From Promethearchaeota archaeon (GTDB lineage: Archaea; Asgardarchaeota; Lokiarchaeia; Sigyniarchaeales; SOKP01), in assembly GCA_019894975.1 (NCBI GenBank), contig JAGXNO010000017.1:1-64000 (forward strand): a stretch of DNA of 64,000 nt. Direction: 5' to 3'. The notes below the pieces were generated by a model that was not told the origin of the DNA, did not search any database, and was given only the letters and a program-made list of their open reading frames with translations. Positions 51,589-61,147 of the stretch are shown piece after piece; position 1 is the stretch's first letter; each line of letters opens with the position of its first letter. Both the position numbers and the translations under genes were made by a program.

Positions 51589-52401
51589 ATGGAAGAAAGA
51601 GAGTTAGCTAATGATTCAATTAAAGATGTAATTAAAAAGAAGATTAAAGAAAAAATAAAAAAGGAATTATTAGATGAAATATGTGAAGAACTTAAATTAG
51701 AAGAAGAAGAATTAACAGAAGAAATTGCTTCAATGCTTACACAGAAATCATCTACTAAACCAATTATAAAACATTCAAAGGAACCTACAGCTAAAATGGT
51801 GGGAGTTAAAAAAGTTGAAATTCAAACAGAACAGGAAATTAAAAAAGAAATTTATATTTCTATAAAAGCAATCCTTAAAATCGCAAGTCATTCCCTTAAA
51901 TATGCTAATTCTAAGATTCCAAAAAACAATTGGGTGGAAGTCATTGGACTTCTCGGAGGGAAATTAGACAGTAATGAAATACTCCATATCGAAGATGCCT
52001 ACCCTATGGGTCATGGAACAGCAGTTTATGCAGAAATCAAAGATTATAAGAATTATGTGAGAGCTTTTAATGATATTAAAAAACAAAAATTATTTATGTG
52101 TGGATGGTATCATTCTCATCCAACTTTCGGTTGTTTCATGTCTAGGGAAGATATGGGGACTCAAGAAAGATACCAAAAACTTTGGGATAAAGCTGTTGCT
52201 CTTGTTATAGATCCTTACCTTATTGATGGAACATCTACGGGATTTGAAATTTATCGTGCAAATTTGAAGTCAAAAACATGGTATCCTTTGTTATATGGGA
52301 TTAAAGGGTCATTAGATATACGTATGTTACCAGATATATTAGCATTTATGAATCCTTTAATTCAAGGGAAACCTGCATATTTAGAATATGATGAAGAATA
52401 A
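51589..52401 (+). CDS. JAMM/MPN+ metalloprotease (Rpn11/CSN5-like)
   Basis: EVIGLL, GWYHSHPTFGCFMSRED, ALVIDP. Confidence 0.92.
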   Translation: MEERELANDSIKDVIKKKIKEKIKKELLDEICEELKLEEEELTEEIASMLTQKSSTKPIIKHSKEPTAKMVGVKKVEIQTEQEIKKEIYISIKAILKIASHSLKYANSKIPKNNWVEVIGLLGGKLDSNEILHIEDAYPMGHGTAVYAEIKDYKNYVRAFNDIKKQKLFMCGWYHSHPTFGCFMSREDMGTQERYQKLWDKAVALVIDPYLIDGTSTGFEIYRANLKSKTWYPLLYGIKGSLDIRMLPDILAFMNPLIQGKPAYLEYDEE

Positions 52402-52430
52402 ATAGTGAAATAGAAGGTGATCAGATAATC

Positions 52431-53603
52431 GTGGTGAAAATTAAAGCAATAACGCTAATAATACTTGTGTTCACATTTATTGGGATAATTCATGGTGCAA
52501 TCTTAAATTCTGTTAATGTATTTGTAAGTTGGATATTTATCGGAATCTGGCTAATTTTTTCTTTTAAAGTTTTAAAAAATATTAAACAACATCGCGAATA
52601 TAACTCACCTCATAATACTGCCTTTTTTACAATTTCTCCTGTATTTATTGGAATTTTCTATTCAATTTGGGGGAATTTTACGGTTTTATTAGGTGAAGAT
52701 TTATTGGAAGGTTCAGATTTATTTTTAAGTTGGTGGAGTATTATCTTTGGAACTCCGTACATTTTATATAGTGCAATTTCTTTATACCGTTGTTTTAAAA
52801 AATATAATGTAATATATTTTGGAACAAAATCTATTGATGCACGTAAATTTGGTTATATGCTGAGTATCTCCATTCTTCTTTTCATTATTATATATTGGAT
52901 AAGTTTTTACTCCCTTATCGAATTCTATGACCTTAATCTTTTTATTTTACTAATAAGTACTATCTTAATAATACTTATCCCAGGATTATTCGGAACACGA
53001 TCAAGGTTACCACAATTAACAAGAAACTACATAACAGAACGTACAAATAGGTTAAATCAATTAACATCACCTAGAAGCAATACGACACCTCAAAGATATA
53101 GAAAAAGCGTTCGAACAACAACAAATTCATCTCCAACACCCTCAACTAGATCCGTAACTAATAGATCAAGATCAGTTAGTCATTCATCAAGATCCACACC
53201 AACCTCACAAAGACGATCTACGACTTCAAGGTCTAAAACAACAACAAGAACTACAAGTAGAAGTCCAACAGGAACAAAGGTAAGTAGTAAACAAAGTACT
53301 AGGAAAATTACCAACTTTAATCTATATAAACCGAAAGCCGGACGCTTGTCAACGGAGGATTTTAAATGTATCTTTTGTTTTAAATTACCGAAAATTCCTG
53401 AAGACAGAGGAAGAGGAATAATATTATGTCCTAATTGTCGATATCCTGCTCATGCAGATGAATTTAAGGATTGGTTGCGAAGTTCAAATCTCTGTTCTCG
53501 ATGCAACGCAACAATTCCAGCAAGTTATAAAAAAAATCCTAAAATACTGACTGTCAAAAATTATATAGTTGTAGTCAAGCATTTTGTAAATAATAGGAAA
53601 TAG
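52431..53603 (+). CDS. Multipass membrane protein with S/T/R-rich linker and C-terminal RING-like domain (candidate E3)
   Basis: About six TM segments; CIFC...CPNC-x4-H-x2-E...W...CSRC. Confidence 0.8.
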   Translation: MVKIKAITLIILVFTFIGIIHGAILNSVNVFVSWIFIGIWLIFSFKVLKNIKQHREYNSPHNTAFFTISPVFIGIFYSIWGNFTVLLGEDLLEGSDLFLSWWSIIFGTPYILYSAISLYRCFKKYNVIYFGTKSIDARKFGYMLSISILLFIIIYWISFYSLIEFYDLNLFILLISTILIILIPGLFGTRSRLPQLTRNYITERTNRLNQLTSPRSNTTPQRYRKSVRTTTNSSPTPSTRSVTNRSRSVSHSSRSTPTSQRRSTTSRSKTTTRTTSRSPTGTKVSSKQSTRKITNFNLYKPKAGRLSTEDFKCIFCFKLPKIPEDRGRGIILCPNCRYPAHADEFKDWLRSSNLCSRCNATIPASYKKNPKILTVKNYIVVVKHFVNNRK

Positions 53604-53626
53604 GATTTAGGATAGTTTTAAATAGT

Positions 53627-54595
53627 TTAATTTTTCATTTTTAACTTTTCCTTTAAATCCCCTATTGTAGTTGTTAATTCCGCAAACACATTATGCGGAT
53701 GAATACTTTCGTGTGATAAAATTTTAAATTTAACCTTAAAACTGTCTTCAATATTAGGAAAATCTCTTAAAATGAAATTTTTTGCCATTTCCCTTATAAC
53801 ATCTTCAGAAAAAAGGGGTTTTAAATGGGCACTTCTTACTAATTCAGCTTCCTCAGGTCTTTTTAAAACAGATTGAATTTTACCGCTCATCGATTCTTCT
53901 ATTACATCAATAATGTCTAATACATCAATTTTATGGTTGGATATATCTTTAATTTGTACTATAATAGTACCGATCGATCTTTGATTGTGTGATGAAAATG
54001 GGAGAATATTAATTAGTTTTTTAAGATCGTCTTCTGATATGTTAATATCTTTTCTAGTTTTGATGATTTCGATGGCATATTCTTTTGACATTTCTTTTGC
54101 ACATGGGCATACTGTCATCCCAACAGCACTTGCTCCAATGAAGTAAAAATATTCAATTTCTTTAGATGATCTCCTGTAGGCTTTAACATGCGAACTAATG
54201 TCGTAGGATTTTTGGATATTTCTAGTATTATTTTCTCTAACTTGAACAATAATTCTTCCTTCAAGCTTAACTTCCGCTTTTGAAGTGTATGGATGTTTTT
54301 CTAAAAGTTTTCGAACTATTCTGTCACTTACTAACTCAATTGTGGAAGTAGGTTTGTATATTACTTCGTTAATAACTTCTTCTATCGTTTCAGATGTTCT
54401 TGACATATGAATTCCACGTTGTTGAGCAGGAAGGTCGATTAGTGCTGATATTTTAGGATAAAATGAATATTTCTTGTTCTCTTGTACTATTTCAACTTTT
54501 TTTTCCAGTTCAACTATTCCGACTTTATCAATTGCAATGTCAAAAGCGGAACCAGAATCTTGTAAATCCATTTTAAATTTATTTATTTTATTCAC
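53627..54595 (-). CDS. mptA: GTP cyclohydrolase MptA (FolE2 family)
   Basis: DLQD, RGIHMSR, GMTVCPCA, SHNQR, LKRPEE, FSEDVIR, ESIHPHN. Confidence 0.9.
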   Translation of the reverse strand: MNKINKFKMDLQDSGSAFDIAIDKVGIVELEKKVEIVQENKKYSFYPKISALIDLPAQQRGIHMSRTSETIEEVINEVIYKPTSTIELVSDRIVRKLLEKHPYTSKAEVKLEGRIIVQVRENNTRNIQKSYDISSHVKAYRRSSKEIEYFYFIGASAVGMTVCPCAKEMSKEYAIEIIKTRKDINISEDDLKKLINILPFSSHNQRSIGTIIVQIKDISNHKIDVLDIIDVIEESMSGKIQSVLKRPEEAELVRSAHLKPLFSEDVIREMAKNFILRDFPNIEDSFKVKFKILSHESIHPHNVFAELTTTIGDLKEKLKMKN

Positions 54596-54768
54596 CAGTT
54601 TCTATAATTTTTTTTCTCTAATTTAGAAAAAGAAGAATCGATTTTAATAGTTAATATAAAAAAAGGAAATTACGAAAATTTGTGAAAATCTGATTAGAGA
54701 ATAGATAATTTGAAATAACTTACTGTTATAGTATTATATTAAAAATAGATTCAATCATCAATTTTATA

Positions 54769-55938
54769 ATGCATAAAACAACAATTCACAGTCCATATGG
54801 ATTAATTGGGGAAACTCTAGAATTGAAGAAGAATGTTTCAGTAGATATTGATGATAAAGGAAATATTATCGATATTTCACATGAAGATCTTGAAGATAAC
54901 ATTCTCCATTTAGAAGCAAAACAACCCACATTAATGATCCCAGGTTTGATAAATTCCCATGTACACATTGGAGATAGCTTTGCAAAGGAATTGGGATTTA
55001 ATCGGGGATTAAGTGAAATTGTAGCACCTCCATTTGGTCTCAAGCATAAATTATTAAGGCAAACTTCGGAAGAAATTATAATAATTGGAATTAAAAAGGC
55101 AATATCAGAGATGCTTTCGAATGGGATTACCTGCTTTGTAGATTTTAGAGAAGGAGGTGTTGAAGGTGTAAATCTTTTGAGAAAAACCTTAGAGCAAGAG
55201 CCTATAAACTGTTTAATCTATGGTAGATTTATGGATGAGAGTGAAATAGAGGCAATTTTTGAGTTAGCTGATGGTGTTGGATTAGCAAGTTATGATCAAA
55301 TTTCAATGAATAATAAGAAATATGTTACTAAATCAAAACTTAGTTTAAAAAAAATGATAGCATGTCATTGTGCTGAAAATAATCATGATCCTAATTTACT
55401 AGACAATATTTTTAATGATAATATAGTGGACGTAATCATTCATGGAACTAAATTGAATAAAAAAGATCTGATTAGAATTCAAAAGGAAGAAAAGTCATTA
55501 GTATTATGTCCTCGTTGTAACGGATATTTTGGAGTTGGTTTTCCTCCTATTACAGAAATATTACAACTTAAAATTCCTATATCATTAGGTACAGATAATA
55601 TAATGGCGAATAATACAGATTTATTTGAAGAAATGCGTTATTTATATCGAATCTTGAGAGTATTGGGAAGTTATGATAAATCTATACAACTAACCTCAAA
55701 AGAGCTTTTAAGAATGGTTACTATAAACGCTGCTAGAAACTTCAAATTAGAAGGAAAAATGGGTTCAATTTCTAAAGGAAAAGCAGCTGATTTCTTTTTA
55801 ATTGACTTAAACGAGCCAAATTTATATACTTATAATTTAAACAAAAATAATATTTTTGATATCATCGTCCAAAGAATTAGATCAGACAATATTAAAAGGA
55901 CCTATATAAAAGGAGAATTAGTATTTGAGAGAAATTGA
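54769..55938 (+). CDS. Metal-dependent amidohydrolase/deaminase
   Basis: PGLINSHVHIGD, DFREGG, HCAE, HG, LGTDN. Confidence 0.85.
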   Translation: MHKTTIHSPYGLIGETLELKKNVSVDIDDKGNIIDISHEDLEDNILHLEAKQPTLMIPGLINSHVHIGDSFAKELGFNRGLSEIVAPPFGLKHKLLRQTSEEIIIIGIKKAISEMLSNGITCFVDFREGGVEGVNLLRKTLEQEPINCLIYGRFMDESEIEAIFELADGVGLASYDQISMNNKKYVTKSKLSLKKMIACHCAENNHDPNLLDNIFNDNIVDVIIHGTKLNKKDLIRIQKEEKSLVLCPRCNGYFGVGFPPITEILQLKIPISLGTDNIMANNTDLFEEMRYLYRILRVLGSYDKSIQLTSKELLRMVTINAARNFKLEGKMGSISKGKAADFFLIDLNEPNLYTYNLNKNNIFDIIVQRIRSDNIKRTYIKGELVFERN

Positions 55939-56593
55939 GAAACCTTACGTTATTTTAAGTGCTGCTATGACAATTGATGGAAAGATCGCTTCGATAACAG
56001 GAGATCCTGAGCTTTCTGATGATGAAGATTGGAAAGAGGTTCACAAACTTCGAACTCAAGTAGATGCTATAATGGTTGGGAAGGGTACAATTGTAAAAGA
56101 TGATCCTAAATTACACATCAAATTTTATGATCATAAGGGATATTTTAGAATTGTTGTAGATAGTAATCTTACTATTCCAATTGAATCCAAGGTTATTTCA
56201 TTTCAACCAGAAATCTATCAAACTATTATATGTACTACAGAGAATGTTTCGGTTAAGAAAGTAAAGAATTTTGAGGAACGTAAAGTTAAAATCATACAAT
56301 CAGGAAAAGGAGAACGAGTAGATTTAAGAAAACTAATGCCACTTCTAAAAGATTATGGAATAAACAATATATTACTTGAAGGGGGAGGCACTTTAAATTG
56401 GAGTTTTATAAAAAATGATTTAATTGACGAGATAAGGTTAACTATAGCCCCTTGGATTGTTGGAGGGAAAGATGCAACAAACTTGGTAGAGGGAATAGGA
56501 TTTAACACTATGAGTGAAGCAGTAAGATTTGATTTAATTGAATTAAGACACAGAAACAATTATGTGATTTTAAATTATAAAAGGAACAAGTAA
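55925..56593 (+). CDS. arfC: 2,5-diamino-6-ribosylamino-4(3H)-pyrimidinone 5'-phosphate reductase
   Basis: AMTIDGKIA, VHKLR..DAIMVG, DDPKL, LLEGGG; stand-alone RibD_C. Confidence 0.88.
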   Translation: MREIEKPYVILSAAMTIDGKIASITGDPELSDDEDWKEVHKLRTQVDAIMVGKGTIVKDDPKLHIKFYDHKGYFRIVVDSNLTIPIESKVISFQPEIYQTIICTTENVSVKKVKNFEERKVKIIQSGKGERVDLRKLMPLLKDYGINNILLEGGGTLNWSFIKNDLIDEIRLTIAPWIVGGKDATNLVEGIGFNTMSEAVRFDLIELRHRNNYVILNYKRNK

Positions 56594-57705
56594 TGAGTCA
56601 AGAAGATATAAATATTTTAGAAAATATTTCTCTCAGAAATTTAAGAGAAAAAGTTGAAGAAATCAAATCTCATTTACCCACAGATGCTCGATCTATTATT
56701 ACCTATTCAAAGAATTTCACATTATCATTATCAAATTATTGTCAAAATTTTTGTGGTTATTGTTTTTACAACTTTAAAATACCAAAGGTTAAAGGAGAAG
56801 AAAATGTAGTTTTACTCGAACATGAGCAGATGCAAGATATAATTCAGAGGGGTATTTTTTATAACTGCAAAGAAGCTCTAATAATGTCAGGAGAGAGACC
56901 GGATTATTATAAAGAAGTAAAAGAAGAATTAAAAAAAAGGGTTAATGATAATTTTATTGAATTTGTAAAAGATATTTCTCACAATTTATTAGATTTAAAC
57001 TTACTTCCTCATACTAATATAGGAACTCTAACATTTAACGAATTAAAACAATTAAAGAATTATAATGCCAGCATGGGACTTATGCTTGAGAGCACGAGTA
57101 TGAAATTGCTAAAGAAAGGGGGTGTTCATGAACAATCACCAGGAAAAATCCCAGAAAACCGTATTAAACACATAATTAATGCTGGAAAATTAAAGATTCC
57201 CTTTACAACAGGTTTGCTTTTAGGGATTGGGGAATCTTTTGATAACAGAGTAAAAGATTTGTATTTAATTAAGAAAATCCATGATTCCTATGGTCATATT
57301 CAAGAGGTAATAATACAGAACTTCGTAGATAAACCAGGTATTCCATATAGACCTAAAACACCAATAATGATTGAAGATATTTTAAGAGTTGTTGGAATTG
57401 CACGAATTATTTTTGAAAATGAAATTGCTATTCAAGTTCCACCAAACCTAATTTCAGGATATGAAAAAGAATTTATTGAAATGGGAATAGATGATTTTGG
57501 AGGAATTTCACCACTCACTTCAGATTATATAAATCCAGAGAAACAATGGCCTCATATAGACGATTTGAAACATATTTGTGAATCTAAGGGTTTTATTCTC
57601 AAAGAAAGACTACCAATTTATGATATATTTATTCAAAGAAATGGTTTCTGCCCAGAAAATATTAAAAAAACGATAGATTTTATAAATAATAATAATGGAA
57701 TCTGA
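56593..57705 (+). CDS. cofG: FO synthase subunit 1
   Basis: ITYSKN, CQNFCGYC, LLPHTN, ASMGLMLES, IPFTTG, QEVIIQNF, QVPPNL. Confidence 0.93.
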   Translation: MSQEDINILENISLRNLREKVEEIKSHLPTDARSIITYSKNFTLSLSNYCQNFCGYCFYNFKIPKVKGEENVVLLEHEQMQDIIQRGIFYNCKEALIMSGERPDYYKEVKEELKKRVNDNFIEFVKDISHNLLDLNLLPHTNIGTLTFNELKQLKNYNASMGLMLESTSMKLLKKGGVHEQSPGKIPENRIKHIINAGKLKIPFTTGLLLGIGESFDNRVKDLYLIKKIHDSYGHIQEVIIQNFVDKPGIPYRPKTPIMIEDILRVVGIARIIFENEIAIQVPPNLISGYEKEFIEMGIDDFGGISPLTSDYINPEKQWPHIDDLKHICESKGFILKERLPIYDIFIQRNGFCPENIKKTIDFINNNNGI

Positions 57706-58822
57706 GATTTTTAATAATATAGAAACAGAGATAAAAATAATTCTTAACAAAGCGTTACAGAATATTGAGATTTCTTCTGAAGAAGCTTTGAAATTATTAA
57801 AAGTTCATGGTAAAGAATTTTTTGCTTTACAATATACAGCAAATGAAATTTGCCTTGAAAAAAAAGAAGATATTATAACATTTGTAATCAATCGGAATAT
57901 AAATTTTACAAACGTATGTTTTCAAGGATGTAAATTCTGTTCATTTAGCTTGCCTGCCAATCATGAAGACGCTTTCTGCCTTAACTTAGATGAGATTAAA
58001 GATCGGGTTATTGAAGCGAAAAAATTAAAATGTACAGAGGTATGCATTCAAGGAGGAATAAATCCCAATTTAAAATTTGATTTCTATTTAGACATTCTTA
58101 AAGTAGTTAAAGAAGTGGATAAAAATATGCATACTCATGCGTTTTCTCCTCAAGAAATCTTCTTCATGTCAAAACTATATAGTACTTCTGTGGAGAACAC
58201 TTTAAAGGAATTAAAAATGGCAGGATTAGATTCGATTCCAGGAACAGCAGCAGAGATTTTAGTCGATGATGTTCGAAAGATTATTTGCCCCAATAAAGTT
58301 TCTACTCAACAATGGATTGATATTATCTCGACAGCACATAATTTAAAAATCCCAACAACCTCAACTATTATGTATGGGCACATTGAATCTCTAAAGGAAA
58401 GAATTGAACATTTAAATGTTTTAAGAGAAATTCAGAAAGAAACAAAAGGCTTCACTGAATTAGTTCCTCTACCTTTTGTAAAAGTAAATCCTATTTTATC
58501 AAAGTTAGAAATACATCCTTTAAATCCAAGTTATGGGATGGCAGATTTAAAATTATTTTGTGTTTCTCGGTTATTTTTAAATAATTATGTTGATAATTTG
58601 CAATGTTCCTGGCCCAAATTAGGACCTAAATTTGCTCAAGTCTCCTTAAATTATGGTGTAAACGATTTTGGTGGAACTCTTATTGAAGAGAATATATCTA
58701 AGAGTGCAGGAGCAGAATATGGTGAATATCTTCCTCCAGAGGAGATAATTAAAATAATTCAAACTGCAGGAAAACATCCTGCACAAAGAGATACCTTGTA
58801 TAATATCAAGAAATATTATTAA
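57695..58822 (+). CDS. cofH: FO synthase subunit 2
   Basis: NRNINFTNVC..CKFC, EVCIQGG, PGTAAEIL, TIMYGH, NDFGGTLIEE; adjacent to cofG. Confidence 0.92.
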   Translation: MESEIFNNIETEIKIILNKALQNIEISSEEALKLLKVHGKEFFALQYTANEICLEKKEDIITFVINRNINFTNVCFQGCKFCSFSLPANHEDAFCLNLDEIKDRVIEAKKLKCTEVCIQGGINPNLKFDFYLDILKVVKEVDKNMHTHAFSPQEIFFMSKLYSTSVENTLKELKMAGLDSIPGTAAEILVDDVRKIICPNKVSTQQWIDIISTAHNLKIPTTSTIMYGHIESLKERIEHLNVLREIQKETKGFTELVPLPFVKVNPILSKLEIHPLNPSYGMADLKLFCVSRLFLNNYVDNLQCSWPKLGPKFAQVSLNYGVNDFGGTLIEENISKSAGAEYGEYLPPEEIIKIIQTAGKHPAQRDTLYNIKKYY

Positions 58823-58825
58823 CGA

Positions 58826-60691
58826 TTAATGTGTTTGTAAATATTCTAAAATATAGCTTTGTGCAATCAAATCTGCGTTAACCATCCCTAATACTTTTCC
58901 TTCTTCTACTACTGGCATTGCAGAAATCTGATATTGCTCTAGTTCTCGAACTATATCTACGATAGAAAAATCAGGTGAAGCCGTGATAACATTCTTAGTC
59001 ATAATTCTTTCAAGAATAGCATCATAACTATTTGATGCAACTGCAGCAGTTATATCCCAATCTGTGACAACACCTACAAGTTTATCCTCAGATAGTACTG
59101 CGATTATTCCACTGTTTTCTTTTATCATTAATTCAGCAGCTTCTTGAATATTGCTATTTACATCAATAGTAGGTATAGATATCATTATATCTTTTGCTGT
59201 ACGTTCGCTTTCCTTGTCTGTTAAACGTTGGAGACTAATTCGTTCGGCTGCTGTGCTAGGAAGCATATCTGGATTTGCTGCCAGCATATTAACCAATTCA
59301 ATCATATTATGGTGAATCACATCCTCTCGATATTCTTCTCCAGCTACTAACCTTTGTTTTGAGAGTTCTGTAAACTCTTCAGAATGATCCTTCAACCATT
59401 TATCTACTTTTTTACGATCTCCCAGCTTTTCTTTAGGTATTTGTAAGTGCTCTGGAGATTTAATGATGTGTTCTTGAGCAGCAAATATAACGCCCCCAGA
59501 ATTAACCAAGTAATCATTAGCAATCATAACTCCTCTTTCTCTGTAAACTATTTGTTCCATTCTAGTTCGGGCTGCTTTTCTATTAGGATCAGGACTATAA
59601 GTATTAGCTCCCTCCACTATTAATGACCACTTTCCCATTCGGTCAACTGTAGTAGACGGGGATTCGGAAAGGCGTACACCTAAATAATTGAATATCGGGG
59701 CTGCAGGAATCAAACAAAATGCATTCTCAAGAAGTAAATTATTACGATTAGTTGAAAATTTAGTAGGATGTTTGTATCCTTCTGAAAGGATATTTTTCAG
59801 GAAATAATTATTGGTTACAAGACGATTTTCTTGCCATAACCTAAAAAGATCATCTGTTGGCAAACCAGATTCATTATATAAATAGCCTTCTAGATCACTG
59901 ATCCCAATTACTTTAGCTTCCGGAATTCTTTCTTTCAGAATACGTGCTACATGAGCTCCAACAGCTCCAAATCCTTGAATCAAAATTTTTAAGTCATCTA
60001 TTTCAGGAATTTCCAAATTAGCAAATTGTGAGAGTACTCTTAACCTAGGCAGAATTTCTAGTAGAGTTTGCAATGCAATTACAACACCCCCAGCAGCAGC
60101 TCCAAGTTCATCGATACGATTTCCACCCATGTCAGCTGGTTTAGAAACAGCACTATCCAAACCATTTTCTATAGCTATCGTCTTCATATCAGCATCTTTT
60201 GTACCAACATCTGGCCCTGGCACGTATATATCTTTATATCTATTGATCAAGCGTGCAAAACCACGGATTACGTCATTATGATCCTCTGGTGAGAGATCTC
60301 GATCAGCAACTATTCCTGCTTTCCCCCCACCATATGGAAGATTAGCAGCTGCGTTTTTTAGGGTCATGCCACGAGCTAAATTATGAATATCCGAAGGCAA
60401 TATATCAGGAAGCATTCTAATACCTCCCATACTCGGTTTTCCCATACTCAAATTATCGACAACTAGATATCCACCAATTTCTAAAGGTGATTCTTCATCC
60501 CAGATTAACGCTACTAAATGTGGGCCTAGTTTATCAGCAACTATCCGAAGTCGAGACAGCAGATGTTCATCAGCATTACTAAATTCTAAATAACAATGCC
60601 CATTATCTTTTTTAAGTCTATTTTTAAGAGTAGCTTCAGGTAATCGCTCTTTAATGAAGGTTTCCATTTTCTTTGGTATCATAATTTCCAA
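58826..60691 (-). CDS. Glu/Leu/Phe/Val dehydrogenase fused to a C-terminal CBS pair
   Basis: GGIR, MTLK, GGGKAG, GPDVGT, QGFGAVG, EGAN, NSGGV; CBS LVGVVTDWDI and MPVVEEGKVLGMV. Confidence 0.88.
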   Translation of the reverse strand: MEIMIPKKMETFIKERLPEATLKNRLKKDNGHCYLEFSNADEHLLSRLRIVADKLGPHLVALIWDEESPLEIGGYLVVDNLSMGKPSMGGIRMLPDILPSDIHNLARGMTLKNAAANLPYGGGKAGIVADRDLSPEDHNDVIRGFARLINRYKDIYVPGPDVGTKDADMKTIAIENGLDSAVSKPADMGGNRIDELGAAAGGVVIALQTLLEILPRLRVLSQFANLEIPEIDDLKILIQGFGAVGAHVARILKERIPEAKVIGISDLEGYLYNESGLPTDDLFRLWQENRLVTNNYFLKNILSEGYKHPTKFSTNRNNLLLENAFCLIPAAPIFNYLGVRLSESPSTTVDRMGKWSLIVEGANTYSPDPNRKAARTRMEQIVYRERGVMIANDYLVNSGGVIFAAQEHIIKSPEHLQIPKEKLGDRKKVDKWLKDHSEEFTELSKQRLVAGEEYREDVIHHNMIELVNMLAANPDMLPSTAAERISLQRLTDKESERTAKDIMISIPTIDVNSNIQEAAELMIKENSGIIAVLSEDKLVGVVTDWDITAAVASNSYDAILERIMTKNVITASPDFSIVDIVRELEQYQISAMPVVEEGKVLGMVNADLIAQSYILEYLQTH

Positions 60692-60851
60692 CCCTAAATA
60701 GGAATATAATTTAGCAATATCATTAAGATTTAATAAATAATTATATTTTTACTTTTGATATTTTTATAATCATCAGAATCTAATTTTTTTTATATGTATA
60801 ACCATTTTAATAAATAATTTATTTAAATCGAAAATTAAAAATGATGTTATT

Positions 60852-61136
60852 ATGACACTATCAATTATAGCAACTACTAAAATTTTAGAAGGTAAGATGG
60901 AAGAAGCCAAAGCAGCTTTAAGGAAAATAGTACCTAAGATTAAAGCAGAAGAACCCGGAACCCTTGAATATATTCCTCACGAAGTAAAAGGGAAAAATTT
61001 AATTGTTTTTTATGAAAAATACGCTGATGAGGATGCCTTTAAGGCACATGGCGCTAATTTGGGCAAGAATATGAGGGAATTTGGCCCTTGTTGTGTTCCA
61101 GAAAGACCCGTTATACAATTTCTTGAAGAAATATAA
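60852..61136 (+). CDS. ABM/quinol monooxygenase-like dimeric alpha-beta barrel protein
   Basis: EEPGTLEY, FYEKYADEDAFKAH. Confidence 0.85.
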   Translation: MTLSIIATTKILEGKMEEAKAALRKIVPKIKAEEPGTLEYIPHEVKGKNLIVFYEKYADEDAFKAHGANLGKNMREFGPCCVPERPVIQFLEEI

Positions 61137-61147
61137 ATTTTTTTTTT

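Noticed and set aside
49314-52401. Reading the Ubl-E1-JAMM genes as a ThiS/MoaD sulfur relay, SAMP system or CBASS/Bil-type antiphage module
   Set aside because: Separate eukaryote-like E2, E1 with catalytic-Cys domain and RING-like partner are present; no sulfur-pathway genes or CD-NTase. The nucleotidyltransferase at 44674 looks like an ordinary archaeal family. A defence role cannot be fully excluded.
53060-53310. Low-complexity aca/tca/aga-rich DNA as a repeat array
   Set aside because: Explained by the Ser/Thr/Arg linker of the RING protein; no fixed repeat unit or spacers
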